Of a stretch of DNA of 24,000 nucleotides, positions 10,078-17,440 are shown piece by piece. The notes under the pieces were generated by a model that saw only the letters and a list, made by a program, of their open reading frames with translations, was not told where the DNA came from and made no database searches. The stretch spans positions 5,490,518-5,514,517 of the forward strand of contig OY781882.1 in the NCBI GenBank assembly GCA_963677125.1. Direction: 5' to 3'. This DNA comes from an uncultured Desulfobacter sp. Its GTDB lineage: Bacteria; Desulfobacterota; Desulfobacteria; Desulfobacterales; Desulfobacteraceae. Every line of letters starts with the position of its first letter. Position 1 is the stretch's first letter. Position numbers and translations under genes: made by a program.

Positions 10078-10500
10078 TTAATCCATCCATTTGATTGCTG
10101 TTATCTGAGTGCCCACACCGGGTGTCGATCGAATCTGAAAATCATCCATAATCCGCTTTACACTGGGCAGGCCGAGTCCAAGTCCGTTTCCGGAACTGTA
10201 GTTTTCTTTCATGGCCATTTTCATATTGTTTATGCCTGGACCCTGATCCTGGGCATTGACCTTAAACCCTATCTTGTCACCACGGTGAATGATGCTTAAG
10301 GTAATTTTTCCCTTTCGCGCATACCGGATAATATTGGTGGATAATTCTGAAACCGCTGAAGCAATCAAATACTGTGCTGTTTCTCCAAAATGCATTTCAG
10401 CTAAAATTTTTCTGGCACTGTACACGACCTGGGCGTTGTCCGAGGGCTCATATAAATCAAAGGTCACCCGTTCATCTATAAAATTCATGGTATTTATCAT
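10078..10500 (-). CDS. rsbT: RsbT-like serine/threonine kinase (GHKL/HATPase_c_2 fold)
   Basis: 'SARKILAEMHFGETAQYLIASAVSELSTNIIRYARKGKITLSII...DQGPGINNMKMAMKENYSSGNGLGLGLPSVKRIMDDFQIRSTPGVGTQITAIKWMD' carries the RsbT N-box (SELxxN), DxGPGI, GLGLGLPxxKRxMDxF and GT motifs. The track ORF extends to 10554. The ATG at 10498-10500 lies about 10 nt downstream of a ggaaaggg SD-like sequence and is a more plausible start. Confidence 0.88.
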   Translation of the reverse strand: MINTMNFIDERVTFDLYEPSDNAQVVYSARKILAEMHFGETAQYLIASAVSELSTNIIRYARKGKITLSIIHRGDKIGFKVNAQDQGPGINNMKMAMKENYSSGNGLGLGLPSVKRIMDDFQIRSTPGVGTQITAIKWMD

Positions 10501-10526
10501 CAAGTTCAGGCCCTTTCCGGCAATAT

Positions 10527-10904
10527 TTAATCCAACGCAAAGGTGGTTAACCACTTAAAGGCATCATCAATGTTTCTTGCGGTTATAATATCATCAAAGC
10601 CGGTATCCAGATCCACTAACGACGCGGCAACGCCTGGTCGAAACCCTGAAAAAACCGGGGTCGTACCCATCATGGCAATGGCCCTGGCTGCATTTTTCAA
10701 GAGAGCAAATTCGTTTGAATTCAGAATTGTCACGTCAGATAGGTCGATGATGACACCTTTTGCCCGTTTTCTTGTCAGCTGTTTTAGGAGCGCTTCCCTT
10801 ATCCTTAAAATGCTGTTTTCATCCGAGTAACGGGTTAAAGATGCAATCAGGCAATTGTTGACCTGATGAATTGTTGAACCGGATGCGTTCGATGCTTCAT
10901 TCAT
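10527..10904 (-). CDS. rsbS: RsbS-like single-domain STAS protein of the stressosome
   Basis: 125 aa: 'NNCLIASLTRYSDENSILRIREALLKQLTRKRAKGVIIDLSDVTILNSNEFALLKNAARAIAMMGTTPVFSGFRPGVAASLVDLDTGFDDIITARNIDDAFKWL'. STAS fold, located between the rsbR-like and rsbT-like genes. The start overlaps the upstream stop (ATGA at 10901-10904). Confidence 0.84.
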   Translation of the reverse strand: MNEASNASGSTIHQVNNCLIASLTRYSDENSILRIREALLKQLTRKRAKGVIIDLSDVTILNSNEFALLKNAARAIAMMGTTPVFSGFRPGVAASLVDLDTGFDDIITARNIDDAFKWLTTFALD

Positions 10905-11713
10905 TCATTTGCACCCTTTTGTTTTACCTTTAACCCCATCAGCCTGAACGCATCTGAAAGTGCATCCTGAAGCGTTGAATTGGTGGCGATATCCCCAAGC
11001 TCGATACCTAACTGGACAAGGGTTTCGGCAACCGCCGGGGAAATGCCGGAGATAATGCAGCGGCATCCCATCAATTTCGTGGCTTTGGCGATTTTAATCA
11101 AATGATTGGCCACAGCCGTATCCACGGCCGCCACCCCCTGGATGTCCAGGATGATCACCTTTGCCGCGGTTTCCATGATTTTGGAGAGCATGGTATTCAT
11201 CATTTGCTGGGCCCGCAGGGAGTCCACCACCCCCACCACCGGAAGAATCACGACCCTGTCCCAAAGTTTGATGGCCGGTGTTGATATCTCCATGATGGTC
11301 CGGCTCTGCTCTTTGAGTTTTTTTTCCTGCCTGACCCGCTCTGTGATATCAAGAATATATTCCAGACCGCCCACAATGTTTCCGTCCTCATCTTTCATGG
11401 CAGCCGCGGTGTATTCAATGGGGATAAATCTGTCGTTCACTTTCATTTCATTGCGGGTGGTAAAGGACTGTCCCCCTTCCATGACCTGTTTCATCCGGCA
11501 CTCTTCAGTTCCGCAATGACGCGATTGAAAGACATCACGGCATGGCATCATTTTGATCTCTTGCCAGGATTTTCCAAGCATGTTAAGTCCGGCCCTGTTT
11601 ACGAAAATGACCCTCATCTCACGGTTAACCGCCATAATCGGGGTAGGGAGCTGCTGGAGGATGTCGACTGCCAACTCTCCATCAATTTGATCGATGTCCG
11701 GATTATTCATCAC
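10901..11713 (-). CDS. rsbR: RsbR-like stressosome protein with N-terminal PAS and C-terminal STAS domain
   Basis: 270 aa. PAS 'LPTPIMAVNREMRVIFVNRAGLNMLGKSWQEI...LEYILDITERVRQEK'; STAS 'VIILDIQGVAAVDTAVANHLIKIAKATKLMGCRCIISGISPAVAETLVQLGIELGDIATNSTLQDAL' matches the RsbR STAS pattern, with both phosphorylatable Thr positions (VDT and AET) retained. GTG at 11713 or ATG at 11710, preceded by aaggag. Confidence 0.87.
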   Translation of the reverse strand: MMNNPDIDQIDGELAVDILQQLPTPIMAVNREMRVIFVNRAGLNMLGKSWQEIKMMPCRDVFQSRHCGTEECRMKQVMEGGQSFTTRNEMKVNDRFIPIEYTAAAMKDEDGNIVGGLEYILDITERVRQEKKLKEQSRTIMEISTPAIKLWDRVVILPVVGVVDSLRAQQMMNTMLSKIMETAAKVIILDIQGVAAVDTAVANHLIKIAKATKLMGCRCIISGISPAVAETLVQLGIELGDIATNSTLQDALSDAFRLMGLKVKQKGANE

Positions 11714-12114
11714 AGATATCTCCTTCGGTTGTTGTTTGATGTTGTGATATGATCAATTACCTGACGATATATTTTTCTTTTTGCTTCATTTTTTCGGTGG
11801 TTCTGTATATGCCAAAAGGGACGTCGGCGAAAAAGAAAAAAGAAAAAGAGGGACGAAAAAGAGCCCCCATTGACATCGCTTTAACAGGCATTTATGCCCT
11901 TTTCGCTTAAACATGATGTTTGCCATAATGAATAAAAAGAATATGTTATAGAGTCAATCGATTTTTTAAAGCAAATAATGCATTCATAACATTTGGCTTT
12001 AAATCTTGCAATGTTAAAAATGAATGGTTCATCTTGGTAAGATCGCTTTTTTTTCGACCGAAAAACATGGGATGGGCTGCCGGGCGGCAAAAATTAATAT
12101 TATGTAACAGCCTG

Positions 12115-12143
12115 TTGAGAAAAAAATTAAAATGACTTAAACT
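12115..12143 (+). promoter_or_regulatory. Possible sigma70-type promoter for the 12217 response regulator
   Basis: TTGAGA (12115-12120), 17-nt spacer, TAAACT (12138-12143), in an AT-rich stretch 74 bp before the ATG. Sequence match only. Confidence 0.3.
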
Positions 12144-12216
12144 GATCTGCAGGTAATAAATCGTACGAAAATTTATCCGGATTAATGATTCTAATGCCAT
12201 TGTTCAAGGTGTCAAA

Positions 12217-12951
12217 ATGACCAAAGATTTTAATCATTCAATTCTGATCGTTGATGATGAGGAAAAAATCGGAAAAGCACTTGAACGTCTGATCAAAAAG
12301 ACCGGTGCCCGTTCTTTTTACGCATCTTCGGGCTCCCAGGCTCTGGATTTCATCCAAACATCAGAAGAACCGCTCTCCATGATACTTTCGGACCAGAGGA
12401 TGCCGGGGATGGAAGGTACCCAGTTTTTGGAAAAGGCCAGGGCCATTACCCCGGATACCATTCGATTTCTGATTACCGGCTATGCAGATATCGATTCGGT
12501 TTCAGATGCGGTAAATCGCGGCGCGGTTCATCGGTTTATTACAAAGCCCTGGGACAATGATGATTTATTGGAGATGATTAAATCTGGGTTGCAATATTAC
12601 GAATTGGTTGTTGAGAACCGGAATTTATTTGCGCTGGCTAAAAAACAAAATATTCGCCTTTATAATTTGAGCCAGGAGCTCAAACAAAAGGCGGCAGTGC
12701 ATAAACGGGTGATTGTACGAAAAGAGAAGCAGATCGTTCAGCTGAAAAAACGATTGGCGAAAGGCATTGATGAGGCAGATTTTTTTGAGCAGATAGAAAA
12801 ATTGCTTGACGAAAATCAGATGCTTGAAAAAGATAGAATTGTGTTATGCTACTGGGCTGTAATCAAAGATTTTTTCCTGAGATTTAAAGATCTTGCTGCG
12901 CGTGACGGGTTTCTTATGCCCACAGAAACCGAACCGGACCACAAAGTGTAA
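12217..12951 (+). CDS. Response regulator, REC domain followed by a coiled-coil/helical tail without a recognised output domain
   Basis: 244 aa: 'SILIVDDEEKIGKALERLIKKTG...MILSDQRMPGMEGTQFLEKARAITPDTIRFLITGYADIDSVSDAVNRGAVHRFITKPWDNDDLLEMIKSG'. An intact REC followed by a Lys/Glu-rich helical region. Confidence 0.9.
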   Translation: MTKDFNHSILIVDDEEKIGKALERLIKKTGARSFYASSGSQALDFIQTSEEPLSMILSDQRMPGMEGTQFLEKARAITPDTIRFLITGYADIDSVSDAVNRGAVHRFITKPWDNDDLLEMIKSGLQYYELVVENRNLFALAKKQNIRLYNLSQELKQKAAVHKRVIVRKEKQIVQLKKRLAKGIDEADFFEQIEKLLDENQMLEKDRIVLCYWAVIKDFFLRFKDLAARDGFLMPTETEPDHKV

Positions 12952-12995
12952 TTTGATTTTGCAGTTAAGGCATTTGAGAAAGACGGGTATTTTTT

Positions 12996-15494
12996 TTGCG
13001 TTCCAGAAGCAAAGGGGCCTTTATCATCGAAACTAAACAACAGGAAAACAAAATCCTGATAATCGACCCGCAGGGTATAATTGAAAAGAAAACCGGGCTG
13101 TTATCGGAAAAAGGATTTGAGGTGGAGTGTTTTAACTCTCCCGCCGACGGCCTGGCACGTTTGGCCCAGGAGTCAGCATTCCCATATTTTCTGATTATTG
13201 AGGGATGTGTTGAAATAGAAAATGGACAAAAAACGATCCTTGCAAGGGCCAAAGAAATATCACCGGACACCCAGCGACTCTTGGTCGGAGCGCCTTTCGC
13301 ACTGCCCTCTTTTGTTAATGCGATAAATTTTGCCGGGATTCATGCGTGTCTGCCTTTGCCCTTTACGGACGAAGACCTGCTTGTTCAGGTCAGACTGCGG
13401 CATGATGAATATCTGGCCGGCAGAAAAATAAAAAGCCTCCAGAAGACGATTCAACGCCAGAATAAGCAGTTGTTTCAGATCGCTGGAAATTTGAGAAAGA
13501 AAGAGACGCTGTATGCGGAGCAGATTCAACAAAAAGAAAAGGAAATCAGAGTTCTGGAATCCAGGCTCAAAAGCCTTTTCGGGGACAATGAATTAGAATC
13601 CGGGCCAAAGCTTAAAACCCTGTTGGAAAAAGAAAATATTAGTTTAAATGCATTGGCCTTCCGGCAGGCATTTGATGATTTAAAAAAACGCGTTAGAGAC
13701 ATCTTTTTAACCATTATTTCAAAAAGCGAACAGTCTGAGGCGTTGATGCTTTCAGAAAAAGAGTTTATTCATGCCCTGGCACAACATTCTGATCAATTGG
13801 ATGAAACCATTGATACCACGGAATACGAATCCCTTGCCGGTTTGCTGACCCCGGTGCTTTTGAATTTAATGATTTGGCGGGTTAATCGTGACCCGGAAGG
13901 TATTTCGGACGAAAAACAGCAAGATGTCCTAAAATATTTCAGCATCGATTTTTTAGATAACAGGACCCAGGCTTATATTCGGCTTAACAAAGATGCTCCG
14001 GAAGGGATGACGGTTTACATGATAGAACAGCTTCTTCATAAAAACGGGATTATTTTTGGACTCATCGAAGAATCGTCCATCGAAGAATGGCTTTATGGAG
14101 ATGCCAGAACGGGAGAAAAGCTGCTTATTGCTGAGGGAAAGCAGCCTGTTTCGCCAACCCAGGGAGAAGTTCACTATTATTTCCCAAGCAATTTCAGGCG
14201 TGCAGGCAGAATAAATCCGGATGGAAGCATAGATTACAGAGACAGGGGCGAAGTGCCCCATGTGGAAGCGGGTATTATGCTGGCCTCAAAGATATTCCCT
14301 AAGCCCGGGGAACCCGGTATAGATGTTAAAGGCATGGAAATACCGGTGCCGGAGCCTGTGGATCAGGCTTTTTCCGCAGGGCCGGGTACCCGGTATAATG
14401 AAGACAAGACTGAAATTTTTTCAACCATAGGAGGTCAACCCCACTTGGATGTTATGGGGGTTGTCTCTGTTAACAAAGAATTCAGGATAAAAGGTGATGT
14501 CGGATTTGAAACCGGCAATATTGATTTCAATGGTAATGTCATTGTGCCGGGTACGGTCAAAGAAGGTTTTAAGGTTAAGTGCGTTTCACTCACAGCCAGG
14601 GAAATTTGCGGCGCACAGGTCGATGTGTCAGGAGATTTGAACGTATCAATGGGCATTGTGGATACAGATCTTATCAATGTTAAAGGCAATATCCAGGCCA
14701 AATACATTCACAATTGTACCATAAATTCCTTTGGGGATTTGACGGTGCACAAAGAGATCGTTGATTCCACCATTTATTTGAGCGGGGCCTGCGATAATGA
14801 AAGGGGCGTCATTCTTAATTCGACCCTGTCGGCAAAGGGCGGGATTAAAGCCGGTGCTGTAGGTAATGAATCTGCCGCACCATCGATTCTGACTGTTGGG
14901 GTTGATGAGCATGTAATCCGATTGGAGGATAAAATAAAATCCAGACTTACAATGAACAGGGATACGATTCATGAGCTTTCATCGGAGATCAGTCAGATGA
15001 AAGAGGTGGACAAGTGGCTTCACGGCACCATAACCGAGAATGCCCACGTTCAGGATCGGTCACTAATAGAGATTCGGGAACTTGAGAACAAAAGGGCCGC
15101 TTTGGACGGAACAAAAGATGCCGCTGAATTAAAAAGTATTTCCGATGGGATTCAAAAATTGGAAAAAAAAGCGAAATATGCAGGGGAAAAAATTAATGAA
15201 TGGTTTGAACGTCAGGACCAGATACATCATGATATTTCAGCAAAAGAGCTTAAAATCGAGGGGTTGGAAAATTTAAACAGGCTGCTTGTTGAACAATTAG
15301 AAAATCTAGAACAGATTTCAAATAAGTCCGCGTCTGTACCTGTGCTGAATATATCAAAGCACATTCAGTCCAAAACAAAAATTAAGGCCCCCCATTCGTT
15401 TAAAATCGTGGACAGGTCCTGCGCTCGATGTGACATAAGGGAAAGGAGTAAGAATGAAGGCGGCATTGTCTATTATATAATGGATATCACTTAA
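12996..15494 (+). CDS. FapA/DUF342-family protein with an N-terminal receiver-like domain lacking the phospho-acceptor Asp
   Basis: 832 aa. The C-terminal half shows the FapA/DUF342 beta-helix pattern (GEVHYYFPSNFRRAGRINPDGSIDYRDRGEVPHVEAGIMLASKIFPKPGEPGIDVKGMEIP...GAQVDVSGDLNVSMGIVDTDLINVKGNIQAKYIHNCTINSFGDLTVHKEIVDSTIYLSG) followed by a coiled coil. The N-terminus resembles the preceding REC (see findings). The start codon is uncertain; the track start is a TTG. Confidence 0.82.
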   Translation: MRSRSKGAFIIETKQQENKILIIDPQGIIEKKTGLLSEKGFEVECFNSPADGLARLAQESAFPYFLIIEGCVEIENGQKTILARAKEISPDTQRLLVGAPFALPSFVNAINFAGIHACLPLPFTDEDLLVQVRLRHDEYLAGRKIKSLQKTIQRQNKQLFQIAGNLRKKETLYAEQIQQKEKEIRVLESRLKSLFGDNELESGPKLKTLLEKENISLNALAFRQAFDDLKKRVRDIFLTIISKSEQSEALMLSEKEFIHALAQHSDQLDETIDTTEYESLAGLLTPVLLNLMIWRVNRDPEGISDEKQQDVLKYFSIDFLDNRTQAYIRLNKDAPEGMTVYMIEQLLHKNGIIFGLIEESSIEEWLYGDARTGEKLLIAEGKQPVSPTQGEVHYYFPSNFRRAGRINPDGSIDYRDRGEVPHVEAGIMLASKIFPKPGEPGIDVKGMEIPVPEPVDQAFSAGPGTRYNEDKTEIFSTIGGQPHLDVMGVVSVNKEFRIKGDVGFETGNIDFNGNVIVPGTVKEGFKVKCVSLTAREICGAQVDVSGDLNVSMGIVDTDLINVKGNIQAKYIHNCTINSFGDLTVHKEIVDSTIYLSGACDNERGVILNSTLSAKGGIKAGAVGNESAAPSILTVGVDEHVIRLEDKIKSRLTMNRDTIHELSSEISQMKEVDKWLHGTITENAHVQDRSLIEIRELENKRAALDGTKDAAELKSISDGIQKLEKKAKYAGEKINEWFERQDQIHHDISAKELKIEGLENLNRLLVEQLENLEQISNKSASVPVLNISKHIQSKTKIKAPHSFKIVDRSCARCDIRERSKNEGGIVYYIMDIT

Positions 15495-15584
15495 ATTCAT
15501 TTCCCAAACTTTTGCGATACCCTATCTGCTATTGTTGTATTTAGTGTCTGAACGAAAACCTGGAAATTTTGTTGAGTACAAGGC

Positions 15585-15643
15585 GGCCTGAAATTAAAAC
15601 CTTCGGAATACATGGCGTATTTCGAGGATTAAAATTTCAGGCC
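15585..15643. terminator. Long imperfect inverted repeat between convergent genes; possible bidirectional terminator or dispersed intergenic repeat
   Basis: Left arm ggcctgaaattaaaaccttcggaatac (15585-15611), 5-nt loop atggc, right arm gtatttcgaggattaaaatttcaggcc (15617-15643). 22 of 27 positions are Watson-Crick, 2 are G-U and 3 are mismatches. Confidence 0.55.
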
Positions 15644-15738
15644 AACGCCGTAATCGGCAAAATTTACGGTTTTCGGTCGGGCACTATTTAAGCGGGACAG
15701 GTTTACTTAACTTATAAGGGAGGAGAGACACTTCATGG

Positions 15739-16572
15739 TCAGGGACTGTCTTGATTTGATTCAAGTCCCTCCGGCAATGGAGTTACGGTCCGAATTGCAA
15801 AATGTCGGTCTTGAATTGTTGTTTTAAGTGCTCTAATACGGGCTTTACACTCGGGATGAGAGGCAAAATACGCCATGAGTCTTCCCGGATCATGGGCCGC
15901 CCCCAAGGCTTGGAAAAATTCGATGGCACCGCCGGCATGGCCATAGTAACAGACCAGGGTTTCCAGGGCCTGGGCGTCGGCCATGGCTTCCCGCTGCCTG
16001 GAATATCGGGCCTGGGTTAAATGGACACCCGGTGCCGTCAGTTGGGTGATGCTTGAACCGGACCCTGTCAAAAGTGCTGAAAGTGCTGTAAGTACAATGC
16101 CGCGGCCCATACCCCGAAGATGATCCCGATGTTTGAAATGTCCCAGTTCATGGGCCAGAACAAAGGCAATCCCGTTTTCCGAACGGATCATGTCAAAAAT
16201 GCCTGAAAACACCACAATGGTTCCTCCGGCAAGCGCCAGGGCATTGGCTGTGTCCGAGGGAATAACGATAATTTTCACAGGATAATCAACATCGCAGCAT
16301 TGTCGTAATTCATCCGTAAGATGCTGAAGCGAGGCCTGACCGCGTTGATCTTCCGGGGGGCCGAGGTTTAAAGGGATCTGGAACCGGGAAAAGATAGCAG
16401 CTTCCATTTCAGGCGAAATGCGGGCGACGGCCCAGTCCACCAGAAATCCGAGTATGAAATAGGCAAAAAGAAAAAAGGCAATTATGCCGGACAACAGCAC
16501 CAACGCCTCTTTGACCGGGCTGTCTTGGGAAATATTGTCGTTGCTTTGGGGCCGTAACGGCTTATAATCCAT
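15739..16572 (-). CDS. M48-family zinc metallopeptidase, membrane anchored
   Basis: 277 aa with 'GIAFVLAHELGHFKHRDHLRGMGRG' (HExxH), downstream 'YSRQREAMADAQALE' (third zinc ligand region), and N-terminal TM 'ALVLLSGIIAFFLFAYFILGFLVDWAVA'. Confidence 0.92.
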   Translation of the reverse strand: MDYKPLRPQSNDNISQDSPVKEALVLLSGIIAFFLFAYFILGFLVDWAVARISPEMEAAIFSRFQIPLNLGPPEDQRGQASLQHLTDELRQCCDVDYPVKIIVIPSDTANALALAGGTIVVFSGIFDMIRSENGIAFVLAHELGHFKHRDHLRGMGRGIVLTALSALLTGSGSSITQLTAPGVHLTQARYSRQREAMADAQALETLVCYYGHAGGAIEFFQALGAAHDPGRLMAYFASHPECKARIRALKTTIQDRHFAIRTVTPLPEGLESNQDSP

Positions 16573-17021
16573 CAGTTGTGTTCAAAATAAACAGCCGTGC
16601 CAAAGGCCAGGACCTCCACAGATCCTACCTGTTTTCTTTTGCCTTTGTAAATGGATGAGGTTTCCAGGCGCAGATTAATGATTTCATCTGCATCCTCGCA
16701 GGATTCATGCAGCCGCAGCAACGCTTCTCGCCGGGCCCGGTCCAACAGGGTCTCATACACGCGAACCTCTCCGCCGAAAAGATTGCGTAAGCCCGCAACA
16801 ATGCGTTTGAAATAATCCACGGAAATGACCACATTGCCGGAAACCAGTTCGCTTTTTTGGATGGCACGCGTTGAATCGCTGACCGTTTTATAGGTGCTGG
16901 CCGGCCGGGTCATCCAGAACTGTTCCCGTTCTTCAATGGACCGGTAGTGCTTTGATTCAGCCATGCGACCGAAAAAATAACCCAGCATGATCAAAACGAT
17001 AAAAATTATGAGTTGTTCCAT
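16572..17021 (-). CDS. YbjQ-family (DUF74, putative metal-binding) protein with N-terminal transmembrane anchor
   Basis: 149 aa: TM 'LIIFIVLIMLGYFFGRMAE' then 'VVISVDYFKRIVAGLRNLFGGEVRVYETLLDRARREALLRLHESCEDADEIINLRLETSSIYK...VEVLAFGTAVYF', the YbjQ-family pattern. Confidence 0.82.
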   Translation of the reverse strand: MEQLIIFIVLIMLGYFFGRMAESKHYRSIEEREQFWMTRPASTYKTVSDSTRAIQKSELVSGNVVISVDYFKRIVAGLRNLFGGEVRVYETLLDRARREALLRLHESCEDADEIINLRLETSSIYKGKRKQVGSVEVLAFGTAVYFEHN

Positions 17022-17024
17022 GGC

Positions 17025-17339
17025 TTACTCCACTGTAACGGCTGTACCGTAGACGTAAAGTTCTGCCGCTCCTGCCGTTACGGAAGAGGTTGAAAACCGG
17101 ACATTGACAACGGCATTGGCGCCCATCTGTGCGGCCTGGGAAAGCATCCGCTCAATGGCCTGTTCCCGGGATTCCTGCAAAAGCTCGGTGTACCCCTTAA
17201 GCTCGCCGCCGAAAATGTTCTTTAACGAGGCCATCAGATCCCGGCCTAAATGTTTTGCCCGCACCGTACTTCCTGAAACCACACCATGAAATGCAGTTGT
17301 TTTTTTACCTGGGATTTCTTCCGTGTTTGTCATTAACAT
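17025..17339 (-). CDS. YbjQ-family (DUF74, putative metal-binding) protein, soluble
   Basis: 104 aa: 'TAFHGVVSGSTVRAKHLGRDLMASLKNIFGGELKGYTELLQESREQAIERMLSQAAQMGANAVVNVRFSTSSVTAGAAELYVYGTAVTVE', a full YbjQ-family signature. SD-like ccaggag upstream. Confidence 0.88.
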   Translation of the reverse strand: MLMTNTEEIPGKKTTAFHGVVSGSTVRAKHLGRDLMASLKNIFGGELKGYTELLQESREQAIERMLSQAAQMGANAVVNVRFSTSSVTAGAAELYVYGTAVTVE

Positions 17340-17440
17340 CTTTTTTCTCCTGGATTTTTTTTATCGCGTCTGAATTTTAAGAAATATGATGTTTTATTTT
17401 GGATGGCCGTTCGCAAGATGTCAAGAAAAATAGGATCAGT

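Noticed and set aside
11825-11862. Purine-rich stretch gcgaaaaagaaaaaagaaaaagagggacgaaaaagag that looks like a small repeat array
   Set aside because: Only a low-complexity A/G tract; no regular unit length or spacer structure, so not a CRISPR or iteron array.
11881-12200. Two short minus-strand ORFs (69 and 84 aa) in the divergent intergenic region
   Set aside because: AT-rich, overlapping each other in different frames, Cys/Phe/Ser-rich low-quality peptides, no convincing ribosome-binding site. Possible but unsupported.
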